Positions 24,918 through 37,009 of a stretch of DNA of 64,000 nucleotides are shown here, piece by piece; the stretch's first letter is position 1, and each line of letters opens with the position of its first letter. A model generated the notes under the pieces. That model was given only the letters and a program-made list of their open reading frames with translations. It ran no database searches and was not told the DNA's origin. The stretch is from Plasmodiophora brassicae (Eukaryota), in contig CP145410.1 in the NCBI GenBank assembly GCA_036867785.1, positions 1 through 64,000 of the forward strand. Reading direction: 5' to 3'. The position numbers and the translations under genes are program-made.

Positions 24918-25586
24918 ATGTCGCCGGTCGTCCTCGTTGTCGTCGTTGCGCTCGTCGGTGGTGCCACCGCTGCCGGCGATTTCGTGTTCGGCTACGGCAG
25001 CCTGATCAACGACGCTTCTCGGCAGCGCACCTGCCCGGGCAGCACCATAGCGTACCCTGCTCGCCTGTCCGGGTACCGGCGAGCTTGGCGGTACGCTGCC
25101 GAGAACATGACAGCCGTGGGCGTCTACCCTGCTGACAGAAAGTCGTCCGTGCACGGGGTCGTGTTCCGCGTGAACCCTGGCCACCTACCGGCGCTCGATC
25201 ACCGCGAACGGCACTACGCCCGTGTCCGGGTCAAGCACGGTGACCTTGTCACCATTGGCCTGGACCGAGATGTCGTCGGCGAACGCGATCGCGTCTGGCT
25301 GTACGTGCTGGTAGAAGGACATTTCCCAAAGTGCGATCGACCCATCAGGCAAGGGTACGTCGACGTCATCATGCAAGGGTGCCTGGGGACGCTCGGTGTG
25401 CGATTCGCCAGGGAGTTCGTGATACAGACGGAAGACTGGGATGGGTGCTGGGTCAACGATCGCGACGACCGTACAAACAGGCGCGTCCCCATCGACAAAG
25501 CCACCTTGCAGCTGGTCGACATGATCCTGAGCGACACCATCCCTCGGCAGTTTGCTAACCGTTTAAACCACATAGCATCCTACTAA
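24918..25586 (+). CDS. Secreted gamma-glutamylcyclotransferase (GGCT/ChaC-like), intronless
   Basis: Signal peptide MSPVVLVVVVALVGGATAA then FVFGYGSLI, GYRRAW, GVVFRV, LDHRERHY. Confidence 0.85.
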   Translation: MSPVVLVVVVALVGGATAAGDFVFGYGSLINDASRQRTCPGSTIAYPARLSGYRRAWRYAAENMTAVGVYPADRKSSVHGVVFRVNPGHLPALDHRERHYARVRVKHGDLVTIGLDRDVVGERDRVWLYVLVEGHFPKCDRPIRQGYVDVIMQGCLGTLGVRFAREFVIQTEDWDGCWVNDRDDRTNRRVPIDKATLQLVDMILSDTIPRQFANRLNHIASY

Positions 25587-25727
25587 AATGACGCTTTTAC
25601 TCAAACGCTGGCATAGCTACGCATGAACGGTGCCGGATTGCAAACCACCCGTCGGCACGTCGTCGACACATTCGCCTGAACACACTCTCCTGATAATGGC
25701 CATGAACGTACTACCGGTGGCAGGTCC

Positions 25728-26482
25728 TCAGACGATACGTCGTCGTCGTTTGCCCTTTGTCATCCCTAGCCGCTTGCGTGCATTGGCGAACCCTGCAACA
25801 GCATCGGGTTAGATCCGCGAGGCTATGATGACGACAGAGGAGCCACGACGTACAGGTTGACACTCGCTTCTTCGTTACCGACGGATGCATCCGTGATGCC
25901 GAGGCCACCCACTCATCCTGAACACGCGCCCGTTAGCTATTGTTCGATGGCCGTCCCCAAACCCTCTCCTGGAGTACCTTCTGCTCTTCGGATGGGTACG
26001 GGTGGTCCATGTGCTCTGTGTACCAGCCCTGCAGGGTTCGCACCAGGTCCCGGGGCAACTGCGGCCAAGTGTCAGCGGCAGGCAACGATCTTGGCATGAA
26101 CGAGCTTTACCCTGGCGCGCTGCTGGGACGCGTGAGACGCAACAGTGCCGCGCTTACGCTTGGCTTTCGTATTGGTGCAGAGGTCGCAGTCGGCCATGGA
26201 CGCTTCGATCTGTCGAATGGCATCGTTGACGAGGTTATGCAGGCCGGGATATCGGAATATGGACGGGACGCCCTCAACGGATACACGTGCGACCGTGACG
26301 GCAACGTCGGCCGCACCATTGCCGAACTTGACTGCCATCGGCCCAGTGTCCGCTCTGCAAATCCGCTTGAGATTTGCGGCCGTTGACGCCGACCCCGACA
26401 GGGCCGGCCGACCAGGATGACTGACGTCCATTGACCTGGACGACGCCGATGATGTTGACGGGTACAGAAATGCGCTGCACAT
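25728..26482 (-). CDS. Second TALE-class homeodomain protein (TALE-B), 4 exons, ~193 aa
   Basis: Exons 26482-26111, 26058-25978, 25917-25854, 25792-25728 with GT-AG introns splice to RARLPRDLVRTLQGWYTEHMDHPYPSEEQK|DEWVASASRMHPSVTKKRVST|WFANARKRL; start codon uncertain. Confidence 0.88.
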
Positions 26483-27399
26483 GCGGGAGCCGGCGAGCAG
26501 GTCGGCGACGCTCGGCCGCGCGGAAACGCGTTGCAGGGAACCTCGTCACCAGCGCTGCCAGGGAATGCCGGGAATTATTACCGCGAGTCCCGCACTTTAT
26601 TTTGGTGACAGTAGGGCCTGGTACGTGCCCCTGAAAATGCGTGCGTGCCGTACGAGGCGCACGCCACCAGTGGGGTGCACCATGCGGCAGCTCCGCAAGA
26701 CAAAGTCGAACGGACTTTGTCGCAGAGCAATGACCGCCCCGACGCTTAGCGCCTGAAACGAGGCCCGCTTGCCGCCGCCCCGCTCAACCGCGGATGCGGG
26801 TTGCACCGGTATGACGTGGGCCACATGACGGGTAGGCGTAAAGTGCGTAGCGGCTGCCTCGATCATCCCAGAGCCCCATGACGTTTACGACCGCTGCCTG
26901 TTTGACATTACAGCGTTCGCAAACGCAACGCGTCATTCAGTGAGACTGTCCCATCGGGCACCTTTGTAACAAACGCGCACGCGTCGGGCCATCACTCTGA
27001 CGTCGTCCACGGCGACGCCCGCATGCCTTACAAGAGGACCGGTCACCAGCGGAAGCACTGGTTGGTGGGATCGACTCCTGCGACATCCGCATCGCCAAAC
27101 TCAGCATTGTTCCGACCTTCCCGATCGCGGTTCACTGTACATCCGGGTCGCCCTTGCCCATAAACAACTGCTTGCTGGCGACTTGAACTCTTGTCGATAT
27201 GACTGACGCATTCCAACGTAGGATCAAATGGGTTGCCGCAGCCGCTCCGTGCCCACGTGGCCAACAGCAGCAGCGGCATTACGTTGCTGCAGGTGGTGGA
27301 CCGCGACGCGCGCTTTGAGCAATCGATGTTGTTGTTCCCTGCGGCATTTTTTGGTGTGTGGATTTTTGCAGCGACGTCATCCGCCGTGGTTGAGTCGAG

Positions 27400-28262
27400 A
27401 TGAGCCCAGGCGGCGTTGCGCTCGTCGTTGCCGTCGTCGCCAGCAGCGCCCTCCTGCGTTGCGATGCATTGTACTTTATGGTCACCGAGGGCGTCACCCG
27501 GTGCTTCCTGGAGGATGGTTCGCAGGGTGATTACGCCGCGGCCTCGCCCATGCACTGACTCGCTTGCCTTCGGCAGTACCCGAGGACACGCTCGTCGTCG
27601 GCAAGTACAAGAACTTTGATGCTGGCATCGCCGTGGGTCAGACACAGGGCACAGTGGAGTCCGTGCCAGGCATTGAAATCTACGTCGAGGTCCGGGGGTC
27701 CATTGCTCATTGGTCTGCTGTCGCGCACGCTTGCTGAAGGGCGTGTGTCCTGCAGGAACCGACACAGGGCGCCGAGATCTATTCCGGCAAAGCAGATCGC
27801 GAGGGACGATTTGTGTTCACATCCCACGGTCGGGCTCGTTCGGCGGCCCATGCCCGTCGTGTGTCGGCGCGATGCGACTGACGACCCGTGTCCGCAGACG
27901 GAGGCGAGCACAAGATCTGCCTGTCCGTCTCGTCGTCGAACTGGTTCGGCATGTCGCGCAAGTTCAAGTTCGAGCTGCACCTGGACGTCGGCGAGAGCGC
28001 CGTCGACTACAACGAGATGGCCAAGGTCGAGCACCTGACGGCGATCGAGGTCGAGATCCGCAAGCTGACCGACATGGTGCGCGGCATCCGCTCCGAGCAG
28101 TCGTACCAGCGCGCCCGCGAACGCGCCTTCCGCGACACGAGCGAGAGCACCAACTCCCGCGTCATGTGGTGGTCCATCGCCCAGACCGTCTTCGTCGTCG
28201 TCACCGGCGTCTGGCAGGTCTTCTACCTGAAATCGTTCTTCAAGAAGAAGAAGCTCGTCTAG
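27400..28262 (+). CDS. p24/emp24 GOLD-domain cargo receptor (TMED4/9-like), multi-exon
   Basis: Signal peptide, LYFMVTEG..RCFLE, GEHKICL, RERAFRDTSESTNSRVMWWS, TM, KKKKLV ER-retrieval tail. Confidence 0.93.
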
Positions 28263-28550
28263 GAAGGGGCAACGGCACCGACCGGCCGCCCCCCGTCCCC
28301 CTCGCTCAATACAGAACGTACACCGCCAGACGGGACGGGTTGGTCGACAACGGCGCGCGCGTGAGTCTCGACAGCCCGCGGCGTGACTCAACAGGGCGCG
28401 ATGGACGCGCACCAGTTGAATGATGACGCCTGCCACGCGTTCGTGCCTGCCTGTCCGCTGCTCCATTCACCAATATTCGTCGCTCATCCTCGATCAACAA
28501 CCTCCTATATCCCTCGTCGTTAACCGGCGTCCTCGCTCGCAGGGGCTGAC

Positions 28551-29198
28551 ATGTTCTCCGCGCCGAACATCGACGAACACCTGAAGCACCACACGTTCGG
28601 CAACCTGTTCGTCATGCACCCGGCCGCCAGCCCGCTCGTCAAGGCGCCGCAGCGCCTGGCGGTCGGCCCCGCCATCGGCCAGCGCAGTCCCGTGCTGGGC
28701 GACGTCGAACGGCAGCCATGGGAGGCGACGAGTTCGCCGCCCCGCCTGCAGATTCGGGTGCCGCTGTCGCCGCCCCAGGACGACGCCCCGCGTCGCAACC
28801 CGCTGTTCAAGACGAACTTCTGCCGGGAGTTCAGCATGACCGGGTCCTGCCCGTTCCAGGACAAGTGCCATTTCGCGCACGGCGAACGCGAGCTGCGGCC
28901 GTTGCCGGCCGGGGCCGTCCTGGCGCCCGCCACCCACCGCCCGTCGGCCGTCGGCGCGCTGGGCGACCACGTCTACAAGACGGAGCTGTGCACGGTGTTC
29001 GCCCGCGAGGGTTCCTGCCGGTACGGGATGCGGTGCCATTTCGCGCACGGGTTCCAGGAGCTGCGCCCGCGCTCGGCGACGGCCAGCAGCAGCGGCAGCA
29101 GCAGCAAGGCGGCCCGCGTCGGCCGATGCATCCAGTGGGACGCCACGCGCACCTGCAGGTTCGGCCCCGATTGCAGGTTCGTGCACCAGCAGGACTAG
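28551..29198 (+). CDS. TTP/TIS11-type tandem CCCH zinc-finger RNA-binding protein (3 CCCH)
   Basis: [36 protein letters not shown], and a third CCCH at the C-terminus. Confidence 0.92.
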   Translation: MFSAPNIDEHLKHHTFGNLFVMHPAASPLVKAPQRLAVGPAIGQRSPVLGDVERQPWEATSSPPRLQIRVPLSPPQDDAPRRNPLFKTNFCREFSMTGSCPFQDKCHFAHGERELRPLPAGAVLAPATHRPSAVGALGDHVYKTELCTVFAREGSCRYGMRCHFAHGFQELRPRSATASSSGSSSKAARVGRCIQWDATRTCRFGPDCRFVHQQD

Positions 29199-29246
29199 CC
29201 AGCCGGGCCCATGTAAGCCAACCAACCATATATACAAATTAGTGCA

Positions 29247-29277
<31 letters not shown>
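29247..29277 (+). repeat. (GTC)n microsatellite
   Basis: About 10 tandem GTC units. Confidence 0.85.
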
Positions 29278-29281
<4 letters not shown>

Positions 29282-29480
29282 GAACGCAGGCACAGCCCGG
29301 GGGACTGCGCGCCGGCGCCGGGGCAGGCCGCGCACCATGGCCCATGTCGCATTCGGAGACGGGGGCGGCACGCGCCAGTTTGCGTGCGTGCGCCTGTGCG
29401 TGTGTCTCCTGGATGGACGATGACCAGCGCGTGCGCCCGACGCCGCAGTGTTATCAGCCCAGCCGTCGTCCAGGTCGGCC

Positions 29481-30068
29481 ATGCAGCTGGACGAATCAGC
29501 GATGGCGGAGGCGAACCGAGGCGCGTCGCCCGCGTTCCCGCCGCTGCGCCCGGGGAACCCGGTCCCCATTGCCTGCGGTGACGAGGAGGCGCAGGCGCCG
29601 TTCGAGGCGCCTGCGTTGCGCGTGTGCTCGCCCGCCGTCAGACCGTCGCGAACGCCGCCGTCGTCGTCGGCTCAGCGATCGCCGCTGCTGGTCCGCGTCG
29701 CCACCGTGGTCCACGTCCCGAGGGAGTACTGCATGGCCCGACCCGTCCTGATCCTGTTCCTGTTCGCCAGCGTCGCCCTGGCCGCAGTCATCTGCGTGTT
29801 CGCGGTCACCAACGGGTTCGGCCTGCTCGGCCGCCCGTCCGAGGCCGCCTTGACGCGCGCCCCAGTACCGGCCGCCGCCGCATCAACACGACGGCCGGCC
29901 TTGGCACAGGATCAAGCCGCACAGCTGTCGCCCCCGCTCGGCATCGTGGCGCCTGCTGCCAGGCCGACCAGCCGGGCGCCAGCCGCATCGTCCGGGGCGG
30001 CGCCCACGATCACTCAGCAGGCGCCGACAAGAAGACGTGCTGGGTCCACGAGCCGACCCCAACGCTAA
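29481..30068 (+). CDS. Hypothetical single-pass membrane protein
   Basis: ORF with one strong hydrophobic segment (VLILFLFASVALAAVICVFAV) between Pro/Ala-rich regions. Confidence 0.5.
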   Translation: MQLDESAMAEANRGASPAFPPLRPGNPVPIACGDEEAQAPFEAPALRVCSPAVRPSRTPPSSSAQRSPLLVRVATVVHVPREYCMARPVLILFLFASVALAAVICVFAVTNGFGLLGRPSEAALTRAPVPAAAASTRRPALAQDQAAQLSPPLGIVAPAARPTSRAPAASSGAAPTITQQAPTRRRAGSTSRPQR

Positions 30069-30285
30069 AGATGACAACCCGTCCACGTCAGTAATGTACG
30101 CTTTGAAGACGTAGGGCGCGCGACACTGGAGTCGGTTCCTACCTGTGACGCGTTGGGAGCGACGCGACCGGATCGTCGGGCGGGGTGAGTGATGGAGCCC
30201 GAGCCCCCCGCTCTGTGTCGGGGCGCGCCCTGCCCATTGTGTGGGGCGGGGGGGCCGTGTTGTGACGCCACCGGAAACGTCCGAT

Positions 30286-31956
30286 ATGACGTTCGTCAGC
30301 GAAGGCGCGTTTGCACGGGACGGCCTCGACTGGCGCGTACGATGGGCGTTCGCCTGCAACATCCTGCTGGCGTGCGCCAGCTTCGCCATCGTCATGCCGT
30401 CGATTGCCCCGTTCCTGTTCTCGGTCTGCAACGCCCTGTGCGGCGCACCGGTCGTCGCTGAACCCTAATGCCGTCGTCCAACAGATGGGCGGAACGAGTT
30501 CGTTCCTCGCGTGGGTGATCTCGTCGTACTCGATCGGGGAAGCCGTCGGCGCCGTCGCCTTCGGGTACGCGTTCGCCCGGGTGCCCGCGCGATCCCTGCT
30601 CTTGTTCTGCATCGCCCTGGCCTGCGCCGGCAGCGCCCTATACGCGGCGGCGGGCGCGCTGCCCCCGGTCGTCAACGTCACGTCCCTCCTGGTGGCACGG
30701 TGCGTCCAGGTTCGCCGCTCGACTGATCCGTTGGTGGTGGTGCGCCGCTGAGCAGCAGTGATTGGCGTTCAGGGGATCGGATCCGGCGGTCAGCAGGCCA
30801 TCGAGCAGGCGTACGTGGGCGAAGCGGTGCCGAGCGCGTACAGGACGCAGGTGACGGGCATGCTGAGCTCGTGGGCCACCCTCGGGTTCCTGGTCGGCCC
30901 GGTCGTCGGCGTCCCGCTGAGCCTGCTGGACCTGCGGGTCGCGGGTTGGCACATTGACGGGAACACGTCGCCCGCCGTCTTCATATGCCTGTGCTTCCTC
31001 GTGATGCTCGGCGCCACCTGGGCCCTGTTCGATCCCGAACGACGCGGCCGGGACGCCCCGCCCGACTCGGCAACGGCGCCGCTGTCGATCGACGTGACGG
31101 TCCCGGAGGAGGAGGAGGAGGAAGGCGCCGACGAGACGTGGAAGACCCCGGAACGGGCGCCCGACGACGTGAACCAGCACGCCGTCCTGGCCTGCCTGCT
31201 CGTCTTCTTCGTCCACTTCGCCGGGTTCGCCGTCATCGAGACCATCTGCACGCCGCTGATCGCCGCCGAGTTCCAGTGGACGACGACGATGTCGTTCTAC
31301 CTGTTCACCGTATCGGGCGCCGCCAGCCTGCTGTCCCTCGTCAGTCGTCGTGGATCGCCCGCCGGGCGCCGTGCTCGCCCGTGTCGTAACCCATCAATAG
31401 GTCATGCTGGGCCAGTTGACCCTCCGGTACAACGACATCACGTTGCTGCTGTTCAGCCTGCTGGTCGCCCTGCTCGGTAATGGGGCGTGGCCGGTCCTCC
31501 AAGCGCCGATGGCTCACGTTCGTGGTGTGCGCAGGGTATGGGGTGATGGCCCCCGACCTACACCGATGGCGCGGCCCGGAGCGGTACGTCGTCGGGTTCA
31601 CGATGGTGTCCATGGCGTTCCCGCTCGGCCGCGCCCTGTCCCTGTCGTTGGTGTCCAAGCTGGTGGGCAGGTCGCTGGACCAGGCCAGGTACCTGGGCGT
31701 GGCGTTCGCCGTCGGCGCCATCGCCAGGATCGTCGGCCCATTCGTGGCGGTGCACGCGCACCCGCCCGTCCTGTTCGCGCTGGCCGCCCTCATGTTCGCG
31801 GCCGCCACCGTCGTCCTCGTTGCCGCGTGGCGCACGTTGCACGCCGAGGACGACTTCGAGCGCATCCTGCCTTTGCAGGCGGAGACGGTCGTGAAGCTCG
31901 CCAGGCGCGTATCGTTCGGACGACAAGGGTCCGTTACCGTCGTCGTCCCAATGTAG
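30286..31956 (+). CDS. MFS transporter (MFSD8-like), multi-exon
   Basis: AIVMPSI, VISSYSIGE, ARCVQ|GIGSG, GFLVGPVVG, GAIARIVGP; multiple TM segments. Confidence 0.88.
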
Positions 31957-31982
31957 CCGCCATCGGCACACACGTGTCGCTT

Positions 31983-33968
31983 TTATACGGACGGGAACGG
32001 CAGCGGCACGACATCGTATCGCAGCAGGCGAAGAACGGCGGCGATGCCGAACACGAGGAAGGCGATGACAACGCGGGCGGCCACAGAGTAGGAGCGGACC
32101 GGGGCGCGCTGGCGCCCCTCGATGGACCCGCTGATGACATGGCCGACCATGTGGAACCTGTGCGCCTCGGTGATGCGCACGCGGAAGCACCGCCCCATCA
32201 GGCGCTCGTCGTCGGGCACCAGGATCTGGTCGTACGATTTGTTGTGCGCCACGAGGTGAACGTCATCGGCGGCGCGCTCCGTGCACAGGACGCGGTACAC
32301 GCGGCCGACCTTGTGCGCGTGCGTCTCGTAGCTGGCGAACACGGACGAGATCAGGCGCGAACGCGACTTGATCACGTGGGATGGGACACGGGCCATCCTG
32401 GCGGCAGGCGTGCCCTGGCGCGCGTAGAACTGCGATATGTGCACCGCTGGGAACTGGTACTGTGGCGTCCGTCTGTCAGCACGTGCACCAGGTCGAACCC
32501 CAACCAGCAACAGGCACAAACACACACACACACCTCTCGGATCAGCGACACCGTCTCGCCGAACTCCTCGTCCGTCTCGGTTGGGAATCCACAGATCACC
32601 TGCGGGGCGGGAAGGGGAGGCGACGTTCAGAACGCTGCTGCATGAGCGCGCGTGGCGCCGACGTACATCGGTAGCGATTTGAATGTCGGGGACCTGACGC
32701 CTGAGAATGTCGACCAGGGTGCGGAAGTCGTCCACCGAGTAATCGCGCTTCATGGCGTCCAGGACGCGCGTGCTGCCAGCCTGCACCGGGACGTGCAGGA
32801 ACGCATAGACACGCGGGTGCCGCAGTATCTTGCACATCTGGTCTGTAGGCAGAGATCAGGACCTGTCGGCACACAGCGACGGCTGGCACGCCAGGCAAGC
32901 AGCGGCAGACCTAGATGCGACATGATGTGCGGCGGGTTCGTCATTCCGATTCGAAGGAAGACGCCATCGGGGAGGACATCGATTACGCGCCTAGGGGACA
33001 CAATCGTCAAGACAGCATGCACGCATCGTACCGTATGTTCGGCGCCGACTGGCCTACCACAGCATGTCGGGTAGGGACGTGCCGATATCATGGCCATAGG
33101 CGCCCGTGTCTTCCGACGAGAGCCAGATCTCGCGGACACCTTCGTCGATGGCCTGTCGGGCGCGTTCGACGATCTCGTCGGGCGGGTAGCTGGACAGTTC
33201 GCCCCGGGCGTGCTTGGTCTTGCAGTACGTGCAATTGTTCAGGCACCCGGTGTTGATGGGCAGGATCTCGATGAACCGGTTGCGGCGGATCTTGGGCAGG
33301 GCCAGTCGGGATCCGCCCCCCGACTTCTGACGCGACATGATGCGAACGACGTTGCCTTGCAGTGTGTGCTCGACAACCTCGACAATCCTGTACCACTCGG
33401 GTGTTAGCACACGACAACTACTGATGGGTGCCACGTCAGCGGGACCGATCGATCTGCTGGACACCGATGACACTGAGCTCCTTGTAGACTGGGTTCGACT
33501 GATCCGCCTGCACGCCATGCATGAGATACAGGCACAGCGCAAGGGGCCGTCAATGTGGTGGGCGGCGACCTGTGGGACGCAGCCGGCCAGGACGACCTTC
33601 TTGCCGGCGGCTTGCGCCTGTCGAATGGCGTTACGGAACACCATTTCCGACGGGTCCTTCACCGTGCACGAGTTGAACACGCACAGATCGGCCTCGTCGA
33701 CACTGTCGACTAGCATGTACCCGGCATGGGCGAGCTGCCCCTGCATGTATTCGCCGTCGCTGTTGTTATGCGAGCATCCCCAGGTCTTCACCAGCACCCG
33801 CTGCGAACGCGTCAGGAACGGCGACAGGCGTACCTCATCGGCCCGATCGTCCCCGGGTCGCCGTCGGTGCTTCCAGACCACCGACGCCTGTACGTCGGCA
33901 CGGCGCACGTTCGCATCGCCGTCGTCACCAGCAGCAGCCACGATATCCTCGATGTCGTCAGGTGCCAT
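31983..33968 (-). CDS. CDKAL1: Threonylcarbamoyladenosine tRNA methylthiotransferase, multi-exon
   Basis: TWGCSHNNSDGEYM, NSCTVK, radical SAM GCLNNCTYC, SEDTGAYG, ICGFPTET, TRAM domain, C-terminal TM. Confidence 0.95.
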
Positions 33969-34325
33969 GGAAGACCGCGACGGACTCCGCCACGGCTTCG
34001 GGCCGGCCCTCCGGAAGCGTAACAGCTATACTAACATCCGTCGGGGCCCGGCCATGGCGTCGCCCTAACCTATAGCAAACCCGTTGCAGGGCCTGTTCGA
34101 CAGGACAGGTCCGCAATGCGGTCGAGCTGACGTCTACAGGGCCCCCGCCAGTCATACGGGGGGACGCATCGTCCGGGTTGGTCTGTCCGAAGGCGGCAGG
34201 GGCAGCGTCTGTATTTTGTGCGCACGGCACGCGGCGTCGTTCGACGGGGCGCGCAGCGGCGGCACCGATCGCGACCCGGATTTGGGGGGAGGGGGACCGG
34301 TTCGGCGCTCCACGTAGCTGGCCCA

Positions 34326-35913
34326 ATGTCGAGCGATGTGTCATCGGATCGACTGGTGCGACTGGCCGTCGAGTTTCTGCAGCGGCAGGGCCGGCAGGTC
34401 ATGGAGGTGTCCGCCGCCCGGCAGACGCCAGCGCGCACGCCGAGCGACTCGGCCGTGCGCGCCGCCGTCCTGCCCACACCGCCAACGTCGTCGTCGCCCC
34501 TTCCGTCCTCCGTCGAAGCGTCGTCCGACACCCGCGACGGGTACTGCCCGCGATGCAAGTTTCGCCGCATCAACTCGGTCTGCTCGAACTCGCGCTGCAA
34601 GGGCTGCTGCTTCCTCGAAGGGCAATGGGCCTGCTCTGTCCACAAGAAGGACGGGTACGTGTCCTTGTTGCACGCACGGGTCCACGAACGTTCCTGACGT
34701 GGCCACGCCCGATCCATCGTAGGCCTCCGCGACCCGACTCGCCGTCGGCCATAACGGCACCAGGCACGCCAACGGGTGGGCCGGTCGGTCCTGGTGGTGC
34801 GGCGCAGCGCCCCGTCGTTCAGCAGGCGGCGCCTGGCGTGATCCCGTGCGCGTTCTGCAATCGCCCACAATCGGTGCACGGCATGCAGCTGGCCATCCAC
34901 ATCCAGCAGTGCCGGCCGACGTTCTTCGAGCAGTACCCGCATGCCAGGAAGCTGAACGTCACCGGCCTGCACCAGTTCAGCTGGAGCGTGGCGCGATCCG
35001 GCCAGGCGCCGCCTCCCATCATGCTGTCGTCGGCCGTGCCAGGCGCGTCGTCGGCCCCGGGTGGCCATATGGCGGCCGTCACCCGTTTCGAACCAATCAG
35101 ACCTGGGACTGCTGGTAGCGTCGCATCTACTGTGTTCGTGCCGCCCCCAATCCTGATGCCGTCTGGCAATGTTAGGGCACGCCCCGAGCGACATTGCACG
35201 TGCGATGGCGTGGGAGCAGGCGATCAAGGACATGCCGCCCGAGATCGAACGCATCCTGCCGATGCCGCTGCAACGCCCTCCCAGGACGTCGCAGCGGGAA
35301 CGTCGCATCACTGACGACGAGTTCGAGCGCTTTTCAGCGGAGGCCATTGCCGCCGACCGCAGCAAGGCCGACGAGCGGTGCGACGCTGCGATGCAACGAT
35401 ACCGGCGGACGGTTGGCAACCTCGTTCAGCTGTTCGATCCGGCGCGTCCGCCATCGGACCGGCATGAGGAACGATCCACGAAGCAGATGCTGGCGTACTG
35501 TCGTGCGGCCCTGCTGTACCGGTGCGTATATGAGCGCGTCGAGCTGAGCGTCTGCTGATCGGCTGTCAGGCGCCAACGCGAGCGTGAGTCGCTGCTGGCG
35601 ATGCGCGCTGAGCACGACGCCGTGATGGCGAGGACCAGTGACCTGGGCGACAAGTCGTACGCTCTCCTGTACAATCTGCGGCTTGTCATGACGCCGATCC
35701 AGCTTAAAGGCGTGCGTGCCGCGAACGCTATGCCTCGTGGACGCGCCCAGACTGATCGGTGTGCCGTTGCAGATTGCGGGCAAGTTCACCGAACAGCACT
35801 GGCTGGGTTGGCGCGCGCGAATGCCCAGCCACGTTCAGCGTCGAACGCGCCCGCCGTCGGGCCATGTTGGCGATGGCATGGTGTTGGGCAAGATGCGACC
35901 TCGGGCAGCATAG
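34326..35913 (+). CDS. Hypothetical multi-exon zinc-finger protein (SHI/STY- or DUS1L-like Cys cluster plus C2HC finger)
   Basis: CPRC-x8-C-x4-CKGCC-x7-CSVH in exon 1; CAFC..HIQQC in exon 2; 3' exon structure uncertain. Confidence 0.6.
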
Positions 35914-35992
35914 ACGATGCTGGGTCGACTGCGGTTAGCATAAACACCCACGCTTCGGCGATGTGCAGTGCTCGTTAGAAATCGTGGTTGTA

Positions 35993-36597
35993 CTAGTGCG
36001 ACGTGCACGTCTCGAGGATGTTGCCTACCAGGAACGGGACCAGTCGTCGCTGGGCGAGCTCATAGTCGTTCGTGTGGACGGACGCGTCGAACTGGAGCTG
36101 GTCGAGGACGTTGCGCTCGAGGGCGTTCAGGACCGGCAGTGGGATGCGGAAGTGGTCACCCCAGTCCCTGTTGTCCAGGCAGTCGTCGTCGACCCACTTG
36201 GAGCTGATCATCAGGGCGGCCAGCAGCCTGCGCCCAGCGGATCGCGGCGAGCAACGCGCGCGTAACGACACCGATGCCTGGTGCAGGACCTCGTAGTACA
36301 CCAGACCGACGGTCACGATCTGCACGGACGCGTCGAACTGCGTCTCCACGAACGACACCAGCGATGATATGAACTCTGCGTGTCGTATGAGACCGGGACA
36401 GGCGCTGGTGAACGGGCGGCACAGCAGCCAGCCGTACCTGGGAGCATGACGGCGAACGCCGCGGACGAGTACAGGGGAGCGTACGGGCAGAGGCGCCCCA
36501 GCGACGACGACGACGGCGACCGCTTGCAGGCGATGGGCCGTTCGATGGTCGTCGTCGTCGGGCACTGGCGCTTCCGGGACCTGGACCGCGCGTCCAT
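35993..36597 (-). CDS. PHO80/P-type cyclin (2 exons)
   Basis: RRLLAALMISSKWVDDDCLDNRDW..LNALERNVLDQLQF cyclin-box signature. Confidence 0.88.
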
Positions 36598-37009
36598 GAC
36601 GGTGGGCAGCCAGCAGCTAGCGGCGGGCCGCCGGACAGGATGGCGTCTGCCAATGGCAGAGGTGCGCGGCGCAACGCACACCAGTCGTGCAGGCGCTGGT
36701 CAGCGCGGTCTGCCTCCCTCGCAGCGGACCTACCTTGGCAGCAGACCTCCTGGTGAGAACCGCACCCGTGTTATCGTTGTCGACCGGTTGAAACAGTGGC
36801 GGCACGTGCGCTGGCCTGGTCCCCGACGGGGCAGTCTTTGACAGTGATTACCGGGCGACAGGGACAACACCCGGAGCTTGTCACTTGTCGCCCAAACAGG
36901 TCACACAGGGTGTCCAGGCGCGCAGCGTGATAACTTCCAAATTAAAGGTGGTTGAACCCTTCCCTCCCCGTTGGTACGGTCGACGTGTGGGGTAGTTGGT
37001 ATAGGTAAA

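Noticed and set aside
26597-27380. ORFs upstream of TALE-B and p24
   Set aside because: No motif or convincing splice model; likely a divergent promoter or UTR region
31404-32645. 413-aa + strand ORF
   Set aside because: Composite of an MFS exon, off-frame sequence and the CDKAL1 antisense strand
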